NCBI RefSeq assembly: GCF_037042905.1
Contig: NC_087246.1
Span: 8,620,001-8,684,000 of the forward strand
Reading direction: 5' to 3'
DNA length: 64,000 bases
DNA from: Lytechinus pictus
Lineage: Eukaryota
The translations under genes and the position numbers were made by a program. A model generated the notes under the pieces. The model did no database searches, was not told the origin of the DNA, and saw only the letters and a list, made by a program, of their open reading frames with translations. Positions 1 to 13,313 of this stretch are shown here, piece by piece; position 1 is the stretch's first letter, and each line of letters starts with the position of its first letter.

Positions 1-32
1 ATATATTTTGTTTTTGTCTTTTTATACATTAA

Positions 33-616
33 AGGAGAATGAAACCCTTGAAACCAGCTGAATCCATATCAAAGAGAAAAATCAAAGAAACATATTGTTG
101 AAAGTTTGAGGAAGATTGAATGAATAATAAGAAAGTTATGAGCATTTGAATATTGAGATAACTAATGCCATGTAGATCCTCCCATTGGCAATGCGACCAA
201 AATCTGTGATGTCACACATGTACAACTCCCTCATTACTTTAGTACTTATTTCACTTATATTCTCACTTTTATAGAGTCTATCACAAGGTGAGGTGTTCTC
301 TTTATGAGAGGACAAGTACAGAGGTTTCACAACATTATGTCATTGATGAATCGTTTGTCATATGATTAGAATGAGCAAAAAGAGATATTTTGGGGTATAT
401 TTTCAGTGTCCAAAAGGGGAGAGTTGTTCATCTGTGACATCATAGATCTTGGTCGCATTGCCAATGGGAGGATCTCCATAGCATTAGTGATCTCGACATT
501 CAAATGCTCATAACTCTTCTATTGCTAGTCCTATTTTGCTCAAACTTTTGTTGATCTTATTCTTTGATTTTTCTGCTTTCACAAAAGCTAACTTGCTCCA
601 AGAGTTTCATTCTCCT
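33..616. mobile_element. Kolobok-like MITE, family A
   Basis: Ends AGGAGAATGAAAC...GTTTCATTCTCCT, flanked by TTAA at 29-32 and 617-620. Long imperfect internal inverted repeats. Relatives at 20049 and 61915. Confidence 0.85.
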
Positions 617-699
617 TTAAGGTTTACAATTCATCTTGTTTATTTAGTGGTCTAGACTAAATTGATGTAGTTTGTAGATTTTTATAGGTGTTTTTCATA

Positions 700-955
<256 letters not shown>

Positions 956-1579
956 TAGCCCCGGCCCCAAGCCCCCCAACTGTACGCCAGTGGATTTTTG
1001 CATTAAAATGTCAAAATTGTTGAATAGGGTCAAAAGAATTTGTAGGGAGGGGGTGGGAAATATATTATTATTAACATCAATATTGCGTGAAATCGCATGG
1101 CCCTGAGACGGGGGTACTATTTACTGGGGAAGCACCAATTTTTTTTTCTTCTGGTGGTGCGCAGTGTGCACCCCTTCGGATTTTTTTAAATGTTACAATG
1201 TATATCAGTGGCGTAACTACGGGGGGATGGGGGGCACGTCCCCCCCCCCCAATCGGCTGCCCCCCCAAAAAAAAACAGAGAAAAGGAGAAAAAGAGGGAG
1301 AAAGGAAGAAAAACGTATTGGGGAAAGAAGACATTATTGTTCATTATAAGGCAGTTTATAATCACTCGCGTCGCGTTCTGGTTCGTAATCACTCGCGTTT
1401 TGAATTTTTGGCGATTTTGTATATTTCGGTGCGATTTTTTTTTAACGGTGTCTTCAATGTGACAGACATGCAGGGAAATTTGAGTTTCGTTTTAAGCCGG
1501 CAATTAAGTGCCTTAAAATAAAATGTACTCGACTACTGTTCTAAGTACCAAGAATAGATAACAAGCTTGATCCGCCCCA

Positions 1580-1740
1580 GACAGCTGGCAGCAGTCTGTT
1601 TCGAGGAGTTTTTTTCAAACATTTTTAATTTTTTTAAAATTTCTCTGTATTTGGTGAGTGGAGCCAACGGAGTTCAGCGGAACAACCAACATAATAATTA
1701 ATAGACACAAAGACCGAAGCTTTTGGTCAATATCAACGAA
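1580..1740. mobile_element. Internally deleted fragment of the TAGACAGCTGGCAG element family
   Basis: AGACAGCTGGCAGC..TCTGTTTCGAGGA terminus joined to sequence matching the reverse complement of ~26455-26525. Confidence 0.65.
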
Positions 1741-1914
1741 CGTAGAGGGCAGCAACACACAAGCGTGTTGCTCTAAGGAAGGTCAACTCCGCTCGAATTT
1801 TGTGACCACTCTAAAAAATAAAAAAAACCTGATATCACACACACACACAATTATTTGTATAAAGGAACAATTTTGTTGGTCCCTCGGACTTCTTTATAAC
1901 CAGAGTGCACTTTA

Positions 1915-2520
1915 CTCCCCCTCCTACTTCTCTTTCTTCTCAGTCTTCTTTTTATTCCCATTATTATATCATCTTATTCTTCTCCCTGTTCTTCTACTTC
2001 TCAATTTCTTCCCTTTCTCCTTATTGTTCATCTCCCTTCTCACTTCTTCCTTTTCTCTTCTCAGTCTTCCCCTTTATTTTATCTTCTCTTTCTCTTCTTC
2101 TACATCCTCCCCTCAATTTTCTCTTTTTAGTTTCATTTTTACCCCCTTATGTCCTCCATCTTCTTTTTTCTTCTTCTACTTCTCCTCCTCCTTCCTTCTT
2201 GCTTTTCTTCTTCAGCACTTTTTTCCTCCCTGATTTTTACGTTAGTGTAGAATAATTCACAAAGAAAGGGAGAAGGAAATAAATAGTGATATTATGAAAT
2301 TGTAGCACCTCACTATGCTTTATAAAGAATACCACAGACTTCAGGAAAATCCTCCAAAGGCAAAGCTAAATCGAGAGTAGCCTTTCCTCCTTTTTCTTCT
2401 TTATTCCTTTTCTCCTTTCTTTCTCCTTTTTTCCTTGCTTCTTTCTTTCTGTCTGTCTTTTTTTTTCTTTCTCTTTTCTCCCTCTTTCCCTTCCTTTCTC
2501 CCCCCTCTCTCTTTTTTTAG
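1915..2520. repeat. CT-rich low-complexity tracts
   Basis: Polypyrimidine runs that explain the spurious F/L/S-rich ORFs. Confidence 0.85.
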
Positions 2521-3873
2521 GGGGAGCCCCCCCCCCCGCTTCCGCCGCCTATGGCTCTAAGATTTAAGATGTGGAATGTGATTATGTTAAAACAGTAGTC
2601 AAAATTTGCTTGTTATCTTAAAACAGTGGTCGAGAACGTTTTATTTAAGGCACTTACCAGCTTAAAATAAAACGAAACTCGAATTTCAATATTATTTTAT
2701 TTTTCCAGTACGTTTGTCCCATTGAAGACACCGTTAGAAAAAAAATCGCACCGAAAAAAAAAAATCGCCAAAAATCAAAAACGCGTGTGATTACCAACCC
2801 GACGCGAGTGATTACGAACGCGAGTGAATATAATAAGCCCATTATAATGTTATATTATGCAGTTTTATGTTACGTTATATTACATAAGAAGCATTTTTCC
2901 CCATAACTTTATGAAACATTATTTGCTCAGGGCCTATGTCTTCATTGTTCCTGGTGCTCGCATAGACTGTTTAACGAAATATATAATCATGTTGTACTAA
3001 AACCTCCCGTTTTCAAATCAATATACACCAAAATATATTTCCTCGCGATTCGAGTTATTATTGTTTTATGTAGTGACATTTGCTTCTTTTTCATTACTAC
3101 TTAAAGTGATTGCCCTATTTTAAGGTCTTAATATAAAACATTTCCTGTCCGTGCTAACGTTCGCATTAGTTGATTGGTGAGATGTCTGCTCTTCATGAAT
3201 TCCTAAAATCAGTCCTTAAAATGTCAATTTTTCTGATCTGAATATAAAAAATTTTCAGCTCGCGCTTCGCGCTCGCATCATTCAGTTAGTGAAATACGTA
3301 CGGTCTAAGTGAATTCTTACAAACAAGCCTTAGAATGCCCCTCTTCAGGTCTGAATTTCTTAAATTTTCTTCGCGCTTGCAGTATTTGATTAGTGAGATG
3401 CGTATGACTATATATATGACAACAAAAAGTGCTTCATGTGTTTAGATGTAATTCTAACAAAATCAGAAAGCGCTTGGCACTCGAATTAGATGACTATGGT
3501 GAGATATGAATTGTATACTCTTAATGGATTCCTAAGAAAATAGTCCTTAAAATATCCATGTTTGCATGGGGTCAATATATAGAACAAAATTCAGCTCGCA
3601 CTCGCATCATTTGGTTAAAATCTGTGAATCTTAGTGAATTCCTACAAACAAACCTTAGAATGTCCCTCTTCAGATCTGAATTTCCTAAATTTTCAGCTCG
3701 CGCTTCGCGCTCGCAGTATTTGATTAGTGAGATGCGTATGATAATCATGATTACAATGACTATAAAAAGTGTTTCATGTGTTTAGATGTAATTCTAACAA
3801 AATCAGCAAAGGATGGCCCTAGTATTAGATGTCTATGCTAATATATTTATACTCTTAATGGATTCCTAAAATA

Positions 3874-4415
3874 CACTTTAAAAAAAATTAGTTGAAATTA
3901 CTCAATAAAATTGTGGCAAAAAAAATACCTTACAAATAAAACAATAAGAATAATATAAGCATTTTCTGAAAACCTAAAAAGAAGTCTGAAAATTTCTGCT
4001 AAATGACAATTTAATGGTGATCTTTTTTCGATTCAACAAAAGAATAAAATAGTTAGCACACCCTTATCCAAAACAATTTCAAACACAAATAGATATGACA
4101 TTTATTAAAAAGAAAACAACATTTACTTGCTCTAATGAATATTCATGCATTATTTAAATATGGCGTTCATTGAAAAATATAAGTACATTCAACAGGATTT
4201 TATAAGTAATAATAATATTTGCCTAATTGAGTTAGATTTACTAAATCAAAGCAAGCTATCAATACGTGAATGTTCTTAAATGTATATTGAACCCAAATAA
4301 ATCAAGTAAATTAAAAGTGAAAACTACTTAAAAAAAAAGAAAAATAATTACAAATTGTAAATTCTACTTAAATACATTAAGAGTTAATTACTGATTCAGA
4401 TTTTTTTTTACAGTG
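3874..4415. mobile_element. CACT(G)TAAAA-type MITE with TA TSD
   Basis: TA|CACTTTAAAAAA...TTTTTTACAGTG|TA. Removing it restores the host repeat unit GATTCCTAAAATA-TAGTCCTTAAA. Confidence 0.7.
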
Positions 4416-5213
4416 TATAGTCCTTAAATTGTCCCTGTTTGGGGTCAATATAATATATACAAAAATTTCAGCTCGTGCTTCGCGCTCGCATTGTTTGTTT
4501 AGCGAGACAGGTACGTATCATGATTACAAAAAATTTGCTTACAATGTCCCTTTTTAGGTCTGAATATAAAAAATTTTCAGCTCGCGCTTCGCGCTCGCAT
4601 TATTTAATCAGTGGGATACATATCCGTTTAATGGCACTGTATGTCCTTAAAATTATTAGGTCAGTATACCTGGCAACTGAGCGCGCTCCCTAAGTGACTC
4701 GAAATTTTTGCTGGTGCCCCCCCCCCCAATGCCATGACCCACGGTACGCCACTGAATGTATATCATTTGCTCGTTTACAAAATTTCGATACAGCCAGCCG
4801 AGACACAAATCGATATATCCCGGGGGCGATTTTTTTCTTCTAAACCACACTAGCTATGGCAAATATTTTATTGCAATCCAATCGGTTGAAAAAAAATTAC
4901 GTTACGCCGCTCATCATGTCAACTTCAAGCGAAAAGAAAATTGTGAAGATGCATGGATCTCACTAAAACGAAGGATGCAATTACTGTCGGTACAAAATCG
5001 CGGGTTGATTTTTTAGGCGATTTAGACTTAAAACCGGGTGGGGGTCCCACCCCCCTAACAATTACCCTGTATACTTGCTTTTTTGAGCACATTATTTATA
5101 TATATTTATCATATTATATTCTGCTCGAGATTCGACTTTTTATGTTTCAGCGAGATACGCATCCGTTCATGATTACAAAAAATGCTATGAGCAAATTCAG
5201 CTCTCGCTCTTTT

Positions 5214-5819
5214 GGGCTGAAAATATTTATATTTAAATAAATAGAGTAAAATTCACAAAGCAAAATGCTGAAAATTTCACCAAAATCGGATAACAAAATT
5301 AATAACGAAGTTATTGAATTTCAAAATTCATCAACTTTTGTGAAAACAGTTATATGCACATCGTCATGAATATTCATTAGGTGGGCTGATGATGTCACAT
5401 CCCCACTTTCCTTTTGACTTAAAATATTACATGAAATCATAAATGTTTCATTTTTCATATATGTGTAAATGATCGTGTCTTCATTGCATTATGATGAAAT
5501 AACCGAGTTGCGGCAGTAAATAACTAATGTACTTAATCAGTCGCAATCCAATTGTTTTAGTTCTTGGTAGAAATTTTTTGAATAAACCTTATTTCATAAT
5601 AATAAAATACAAAGAACGAGTGGGGATATGACATCATCAGCCCACCTTATGAATATTCCTGAAGACATGCCTAGAACTGTTTCACCGGGATAATGCAAAT
5701 CTTTAAAATTCAATAACTTCGTTATTTGTTATCCGATTTTCATCAAATTTTCAGCATTTTGCTTTGTGAATTTTATTTTATTAATTGAGATATAAATATC
5801 TCCAACGTGGACCATCCCT
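5214..5819. mobile_element. Kolobok-like MITE with clipped left end
   Basis: Long inverted arms (AAAATTCACAAAGCAAAATGCTGAAAATTT / AAATTTTCAGCATTTTGCTTTGTGAATTTT). Right end GGACCATCCCT|TTAA. Confidence 0.7.
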
Positions 5820-6685
5820 TTAAGTAGATTGTATCAGCAATATTACTGAAAAATAGCGAATTTTATTGCTTTCCACCAAAAGCTTAAAAAATCTCCTGAA
5901 ATGGGTTAATAATCCACAAATTTATCTTCATCATTCAATTTTATTTTTCATCCCTAAAGGCTTCTAAAATCCACAAAATTTCAAACTTTGGGGATGGAAA
6001 TCTTCAAATGGCAACGCCCGCCCGCGCCCACCCACCCACCCCCCCCCCCCCCATCGATCAGGAGTTTCAGTTTGCTTCTGACAATATTGTTGTAGATCTG
6101 ACAACTTCGTTGATTTGATTTGCTTAGAGCTGTTACCATGACAATTGTCGGATAAAAGAAGACTTGTCAGATAGGCCTACTCGTACATGCCGTGCTTAAG
6201 ACGTCCGACAAGACATTTCATGATGAAACGTATTTCTACGCGCCCAGTCACCTTTGCCCCTGCTGACGCTGGTGTAGAGGCGGATCCGGTGCTAGGCAGA
6301 TACGGCTCTATATAAAGGAACACTATCTGCCGGCGGATCGTGTCCCAACCCCAGCGGATTCAGAACAAATTTCTCTTCCGGGGGGGGGGGGGGGGTACGT
6401 AATTGGACGGGAGTGTGAGGCTCGATCGGGGCTTGAAACCCTTTTCTAAGGATCATTTTGACCCGAACAGTACCAACGTCTAAGAATTTTTCTCACAATA
6501 CAGACCCATGTCTAAGGATTTCCTTTATAAATTATATAGACCCATTTTCCAGATTAATTATTATGCATGCGCTGCATGCATCATGCATGCATGTATACGA
6601 TCGGCCGAGAGTGCCAGGTAGTGCATATCAGTGACGGACCCCGGTGCTATAGATGCGGAAATCTACTCGTTCCGGGGTCCTGGCT

Positions 6686-8547
6686 GCGAAATTATTTTTC
6701 CCACCGCAGTTGTGGAAGCCAATATGAATATTCATGACTTGCGTCTTCGGAATAAGAGTATACGCTATGCGCGTGGAGTTATCTTTACAAAATTAATAGT
6801 GGTCGTCGTTCTATAGCGTTCACGTTGCCACGAATGAATCAGCACCCTCAAATTACCGGTACTCTTATATTAGTTACATATAAGCTTAGATCTATATCTT
6901 GATCCAATTCTTAAACACTTATCAAATTGCTATTAATGACAGGAAAAAATATTAGGCTATAGGCTATCATGGCCAGCCTTGGCTAGTGCATTAACTTTAT
7001 CTCAAATCTGGACCTGTCTATAAATTATGCCTGCGGCTGACTAATGCCATGCTGGCTAACTTAGAATAATTCCGAACTTTACGTTTACTTACGTTAAACC
7101 AATTAGCTTGGTCGCCTTGGTTTAATAGGTCTAGTCCATATATAGAACTAGATCTAATAACACAATAGCCGATTTGGAGCACAGGAAATTAAACACTTAA
7201 TAATTGGTATAGAAAATGCAGATCGATCTACATATTTTGTTGATCAAGACGGAGCCGGGGATCAGTTTACTCTACGATTGCATTAGTATGCAGAACAGTG
7301 CGTTAATCATAGACATGTTCTGCTCACTGTGCCTGGCGTTAGAATACGTTCCCTGCTGATACAGCGTAGATCAGAGTCTATCAAGGTCTAGAGACTAGAC
7401 TAGATTTGAGATAAATTTATCTAGGACTAGTTCTCTATACGGACTAGACCTATTAAAAGCTACTAAGCTAATTGGTCAAACCTAATTAAACGTAAAGTTC
7501 GGAATTAACCAAGTTCGAAGTTAACCATGGCAGTCGGCATTAGACAGGTCCAGATTTGAGATAAAGTTAATGCGCTAGCCCAGCTAAGCTAGCCCTAGCC
7601 TAGCCTTTTGTCTGGTCATTAATGGCAATTTGATAAGTGTTTAAAAATTGGATCTATAGATCTAAGTCTATGAGGCCTATGTAACTAATGTAAGGGTACC
7701 GGCAGGGGCGTCGATCCATTTTTCAGATTGGGGGGGGGGGCAAAATTATGAATCAACTTTCCAAAGGCGCTCGATCACACAAAACAAACAGACTCAAACA
7801 CACACACACACACATATGCCTATATGTATATATATAGATTATATATATACATATATATATATATACACACACACACACATCCCCACACACATCTCACCAA
7901 CAAATCAAATTAAAAAAAAAAAAAATAATAATAAATGCGAACGCAAAGCGCGAGCTGAAAATTTTGATATTTTGATCTTTAAAAAAAAAAGAGTTTAATT
8001 GACGTTTTTAATAAAGAACAAGAAATATATCCAACAAAAGATTATTGCAAATCGAAGTGGGAGTTCTTTTGAGGTATAGAACTGAAAACGGGACATTCTA
8101 TTCACCTATTCAATCATGAAAAGTATGGGTTTTTGCTACAGAAATGATGCGAGCGCGAAGCGCGAGCTGATTTTTTTAAATATTCTAATCTGAAAACCGG
8201 ACATTTTGAGCACGATTTTAGATGAAGAACGAGTTGTGTATCTCAATCTCGCTTGCTGATTTCTGTGTAACATTACAATCTTATTTTATTTTTTGCACAT
8301 GCGGAATTATTGGGGGGGGGGGGCAAAACGATATTTTGCCCCCCCAAATATTTTCATTGGTGGGGCGGTTGCCCCCCCTGCCCCCCCATGATCGACGCCT
8401 CTGGGTACCGGTAATTTGAGGGTGCTGATTCATATTTTGTGGCAACGTGAACGCTAGATATAGTACGACGACTACTCTTATTCTGAAGACGCAAGTCATG
8501 AATATTCATATTGGCTTCCACTACTGCGGTGGGAAAAATAATTTCGC
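6686..8547. mobile_element. Foldback element with ~450-bp inverted arms
   Basis: The left arm (~6686-7155) is the reverse complement of ~7425-7702 plus 8412-8547, e.g. GCGAAATTATTTTTCCCACCGCAG / CTGCGGTGGGAAAAATAATTTCGC. Confidence 0.8.
7703..8403. mobile_element. hAT-like MITE
   Basis: TIR CAGGGGCGTCGAT...ATCGACGCCTCTG with a perfect 8-bp TSD GGTACCGG (7695-7702, 8404-8411). Confidence 0.85.
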
Positions 8548-9094
8548 GTCCGGTTCCTCGTACTCTCGACCAGGACTAACATAGACATTTCCGGGGCTAA
8601 TTTTCCTGGGGATTCTTATAAGTATATTTGACTTTATTTGTTATTGTTTTTATTTCTTCCAAAAACGGACCCATGTCTAAGGGTTATTCAGTTGAAATGG
8701 GACCCGTGGCTATAAGGATTTCTTGCAATAGCAAGACCCATGTCTAAGGATTTTTTTTTTGCAAAAAAAAACCCCGACCAAGTGGAGCGGCACATCCCCG
8801 TATGCGATATACACGCGAGTCCCCCCCCCCCCCCCGAGTTTCTCTAATTCGGCAGATATCGTTCATCGTTTCTCGATCTGCATGTACACCGTACACATTT
8901 TATTCCTTCAAAATACACATGTAAAGGACCTACCATCTTTATTTACCTATATATTATTAATAAAAGGAATAAGAAAATCAAACCGTGTCAACCCGTCAGA
9001 TATGGTTCCGAGAAACGAACGATCTGCCGGCGGATACCGTATCCGCCGGTGGAATACTGCCGCTACACTCCCCTGCGCCCCTTCCCTTTCCGCA

Positions 9095-9215
9095 TGACGT
9101 CACAGTCAAATAGATAATCATCTGCGCGCAAGAGCCCGGACAAGTCTAGACGCATTGTGACGTCAAAATTCACCTGCCGTTGACCAGTGCGCGTCTTCAG
9201 CGTTGCCATGCCATG
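9095..9215 (+). promoter_or_regulatory. Putative promoter: two CRE palindromes and an RFX X-box-like half site
   Basis: TGACGTCA at 9095-9102 and 9158-9165, and GTTGCCATG at 9202-9210. CpG-rich, 180-300 bp upstream of the ATG at 9389. Confidence 0.55.
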
Positions 9216-9388
9216 CATGTGGTGCGCATTTATTTTTTTCTATCTGCATGAATATTCTGGACCTCGGCCTTTGCTTGTGGACTAAGTTAAACTGCCTTAA
9301 TCTTGTGTATTATCTTCTTTTTGTATTTTGTCATCAATAATCCTTGCATGAAAGTTCAGCTTATCGTCTTTTTTTTTGATAATCGAAA

Positions 9389-9400
9389 ATGGGCGACCAG
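9389..9400 (+). CDS. Orphan protein, coding exon 1 (MGDQ)
   Basis: AAA ATG GGC GAC CAG|GTAAGT: good start context and a perfect phase-0 donor, in frame with the downstream exons. Confidence 0.65.
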
Positions 9401-9759
9401 GTAAGTAGAAATCACAGGCAGAGTAATGATATGATAAGATAGAGAAATAGGGGCTGAATTACCCAGTTGTTGTGTGTCCGGACAGGTTGTGTGTCCGGAC
9501 GATCAATTTTAGAAAGTCATTTGGAAAAAATTACAAGCGAAGTGTCATCAATTTTTAGTACAAAATGTAAGGAAATATTATAGAGAACCAAATATAAGAT
9601 GATTACAACTATTGAATTCATATTTTTAGTGTAATCTTAAGACAAAAAAGAAGGCTTCAAAAATATAAAGTGTCCGGACACCCGATCCCCCATCCTATAG
9701 CGTGATGTGCCAATCCTGGTATTTTGCTGACTGAACGATACAGATACAAAAGGAGCTTG

Positions 9760-10078
9760 GAGGAGATTGAGGAGAAGGGGAAAGGAGAAGTAGTCTATAT
9801 ACTGAGATTGAGAAGAAGGAGAAGAATAAGAAGAATTAGAGGGAGAAGGAGAAGAAGAAAAGGAAGAAGGAGAAGAAGAAGAAGATGAAGAAGAAGAAGA
9901 AGAAGAAGAAGAAAGAGGAGGAGGAGGATCGAGGAGGAGGGGAGGGGGAATGGATGCCACGTAGATCTGAAGAAGAAGATGAGAGGATCGAGGAAGAGGG
10001 AGTTGGTGAGGAAGAAGAGGAAGATTATGATAAAGAAGGAGGAGGAGGAGGAGAAAGAAGGAGGAGGTGGAGGACGGA
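9760..10078. repeat. (GAA/GGA)n purine-rich low-complexity tract
   Basis: Directly visible. Accounts for ORFs 9637-10109. Confidence 0.9.
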
Positions 10079-10340
10079 TGCGATCTGAAATGAAAAGGGG
10101 ACATTTCAAGATTGGGAATTCATGAAAAGTAGACCTGCATTATTGGTCCAAGTATCTCGCTAATTGATAATGCATGCAAGCACGTAGCGCGAGCTGGTCA
10201 TTAATTTTATTCTTATTTTTATTTCTTTGTAATCATGAACTGTAGGATGTGTATCTCGCTGAAAGTGAAACAGGCCGGCCTTTTCACACGTGAATCTTAA
10301 ATCTGTATTGTAATGATGATTGCAATTCTTCATCGGACCT

Positions 10341-11170
10341 CAGGGGCGGATCCAGCTTTCACCAATAGGGGGCCGGCATTTTTTTTCACCCATGCATATT
10401 TTCCCCGATCGGCCGCTCAACGTTGATTTTTGTTAGTTTCTTTGAAGGGGTAGTCCATACAGTCACTTTTTATAGCTATGGAAAACAACGTATATGGTAG
10501 GGGGTCCTAAAGCTGCGCGGGTCCTAAAGCTACGCACCACTCATCATCGCGCATGTAGTTTTTATGGCAAATGCGCACTCTGTGTGTGGAACTGTGACTG
10601 CAGAGTGACGAACGATTCCTATTCAATTTTTTCTACAGAGGCTGAAGTAAATCTCTAAATGCAGAGAAAACCAATAACTGTTTCGGAATTTTGGAGTTAT
10701 ATTCGCTTAAATTTCATTTTATCCTATGATAATATGAATATATTTTAGAAATTGAGGCACAGGAAATACTATTTTTTTGCATGATAAATCGAGTGCGTAG
10801 CTTTAGGACCCCTTCTACATCGGGTGGCGAAATCAAGAGGTGTTCGGAAAACACGGCGGGATTTTCGTATTAGTGAGTTTTGCGATATTTTCTTCTTGGT
10901 TAATGATCTTTAGAATGTTTGCCACAAATTAGTGAAAGATATTTGTTGAAATATTAAAATTGGGATAGTTTTTATTGTTTGAAAACAAAGTGCGTAGCTT
11001 TAGGTCCCCCCATCATATAACTAATAATATATCATAATCTCATAAACCCTTTTTAAGTGCGAGCGCGAAGCGAGAGCTGCAATTTTTGAAAATTTTATTT
11101 AATTTGTCCTTAAAATTGAACATTCTGAGGGGGGGGGGGGGGGGGGCTCGGCCCCTTGGATCAGCCTATG
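10341..11170. mobile_element. CAGGGGCGGATCC-type MITE
   Basis: Ends CAGGGGCGGATCCAG / TTGGATCAGCCTATG with GGACCT duplicated on both flanks. A related inverted end lies at ~13260-13502. Confidence 0.6.
10495..11015. mobile_element. pogo/Tc1-like MITE (TA TSD)
   Basis: TA|TGGTAGGGGGTCCTAAAGCT...AGCTTTAGGTCCCCCCATCA|TA, with repeated GGTCCTAAAGCTACGCAC subterminal motifs. Confidence 0.7.
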
Positions 11171-11436
11171 GGACCTTTCACATGCACGGATAATTCGTAC
11201 CGTTATTTGAATGAAACTTAACTGGAATTCACCTCTGGAGTAGAATTTGAATTATGTGATTGTGATTACGGTTCGTGATTCTATAGTTTAATTTCACACG
11301 TGCTAAAAATTCGTCATTTGCTTATTTTTTCACTGGAATCATTCAAATTTCGATGTTTTTTTACCGTGTGAAAGGGCGGACAATCTAATGGAAAGACGAA
11401 TTGTTGGCAGATAATCTTTGCAATTTTTGCCAGAAC

Positions 11437-11670
11437 TGGCATAATTATGCTTTCTGGCATAATTTCGACCCTTTCAGCATAATTCATTATGCCGGCATAA
11501 TTCTGGCATAATTAGACTTTTTTCTGGCATAATTTCGACCCTTTCAGCATAATTTGGGGCATAATTAGACTTTTTAAGCAAAGAATCTGGCATAATGATA
11601 GCATATTTAGCATAATTTTGATCTATTTGAAGATTTTAAGCCCCTATCACTCTGGGTATAATGGCATAAT
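11437..11670. repeat. GGCATAATT minisatellite-like array
   Basis: Recurrent (G/A)GCATAATT units. Confidence 0.75.
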
Positions 11671-11799
11671 AATGGGAATCAAATTTATATATATTTTTTA
11701 AACTTTCCAATAATTCCCCTCCCCTCGTTCAACTCACTATTTTTCAACCCTCTCATTCCCTTTCTCCTATTTCCTTTCTTTAAAAAAAGCCAACTAATG

Positions 11800-12020
11800 A
11801 TAGACCAAATCGGTATTTGATGATTAGACGAAATGGCAATTAGACCAAATGATGATAGACTAAATCGCTATAAGACCTATTAGGCCAAATTTGGCTGTTA
11901 TACGAAAATTAAACAAAATACAAATTAGACTAAAAATAGACTAGACTAAATAACTATTAGACCAAATGATAAGACTGAATAATGTTAGACGTAATGTCTA
12001 TAACTGGCTGTAGACCATGT
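11800..12020. repeat. TAGACCAAAT degenerate tandem array
   Basis: Recurrent TAGAC(C/T)AAA units ~17-20 bp apart. Confidence 0.65.
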
Positions 12021-13313
12021 AAGTGTAATAAATTGATCTGATAGTCTATTTGAGATGGCTGTTCGATAGTTGAATAATTATTTACAATACTCGGTAAAAC
12101 TACAATGTATAGGCCTATAGCCGGAACACCAATCCGTGGATCAGTTAGCCTACCATTTAAGCCAATACACCGAAGTTCTAGGCCCCGTAACACAAAGGTT
12201 AGCGATTAATCGCTAAATTAAATAGCCTATCAAGATCATCGTTGCATGCACTGTGGTCTGACTAGGAACCATAATTATATACAGAATTGTTCTTATAAAA
12301 ACAGGCTTGAACTGTCCAGTTTTTAGGTCTAAATATAAAATAAATCAGCTCGCGCTTCACGCTCGCATTGTTTGATTACCCATCCTATTTATGATTGCAA
12401 ATAGTTTACAATCAGAATGCCAAATGTTTTCAGCTCGCGCTTCGCGCTAACATTATTTTGATTGGTTAGATATATATTATATTCATGAGCCACTGCAAAA
12501 CAGTCATTGATAGGTCCCTTTTCAGGTTAGTATATCAATAATTTCAGCTCGCATAGTTAGACACGCATAATTATTAATTGTTATTGGTAAAATGCTTAAA
12601 ATGTCCTGGGGAGTGTTTCATCAACATTTCCATCCCACAAGTTGTCAGATCTGAAAAATTTCCTTGATTCTGATTGGCAGAGGAGCACCATTACTATGGC
12701 AACTGTTGGATAAAACGTGCGAAAACGCTCCCCATGCAGGTTTCACGTCGGAAAATCAAAGTTTCAGCTTGCGTTTCGCGCCCGCATATTAAGATAAGCC
12801 TATATAAATTATCCATCCTGTTCATGGTCACAAAATGTACTTAGAATATCCAGTTTTCAGGTAGAGATGTAAAAAAAAATTTAGCTCGCGCTTCGCGCGC
12901 TCGCATTACTTGATTGGTTAGATTATGTATGCAAATAGGTACTTTTACGGGTCAGTAATATTAAAAATTTCCATCTTGCACTTTACGCTTGCATGATTCG
13001 TTTAGTTAGATACGTTTCTTGTTCATGATTACAAAAACTGCCCAGAATATTTCATTTTCAGGCCAAAATATATGAGATATGCTTAAAAAAAATTGAGCTC
13101 GCATGATTAAGACCTCATGAGATACCTTATCTTTCTTGCAAGCGTTAAGATAATATGTACTTCAAACGTTTTTCTTAAGCTGTTAAGTTAGGACGAACTC
13201 CCCCCCCCCCAAAAAAAAAAAAAAATAGTAATAATAAAACAAACCCACGAAGATTAGATTTTGGCGGCCGATCGGGGAAATGTGAATGAATTTCGTCCCC
13301 GCCTCCTTCTATA

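Larger units (their letters stand above)
1350..2839. mobile_element. GG...CC long-TIR MITE (Merlin/MULE-like)
   Basis: ~220-bp imperfect inverted arms (AATCACTCGCGT.../...ACGCGAGTGATT) with an 8-bp TSD CATTATAA (1342-1349, 2840-2847). Confidence 0.7.
1206..4754. mobile_element. Non-autonomous DNA transposon with internal tandem repeats; hosts nested insertions
   Basis: TIR CAGTGGCGTA...TACGCCACTG with a 9-bp TSD AATGTATAT (1197-1205, 4755-4763). Internal ~115-120 bp repeats contain TTCAGCTCGCGCTTCGCGCTCGCA. Confidence 0.8.
6377..8838. mobile_element. CCGGG(G)n-terminated non-autonomous DNA transposon
   Basis: TCCGGGGG...CCCCCGAG termini with a 7-bp TSD TTTCTCT (6370-6376, 8839-8845). GACCCATGTCTAAGG repeats lie on both sides of the nested insert. 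Confidence 0.65.
6271..9069. mobile_element. Old TIR element, outermost shell of a nest
   Basis: Diverged inverted ends GGTGTAGAGGCGG...TATCTGCCGGCGGATCG versus CGATCTGCCGGCGGATA...CCGCTACACT. No clean TSD. Confidence 0.45.

Noticed and set aside
1658..2255. Hydrophobic F/L/S-rich ORFs resembling membrane proteins
   Set aside because: Produced by a CT-rich low-complexity tract inside nested transposons.
9637..10109. Poly-S, poly-L and poly-E/K ORFs
   Set aside because: (GAA/GGA)n tract in an intron; no splice support.
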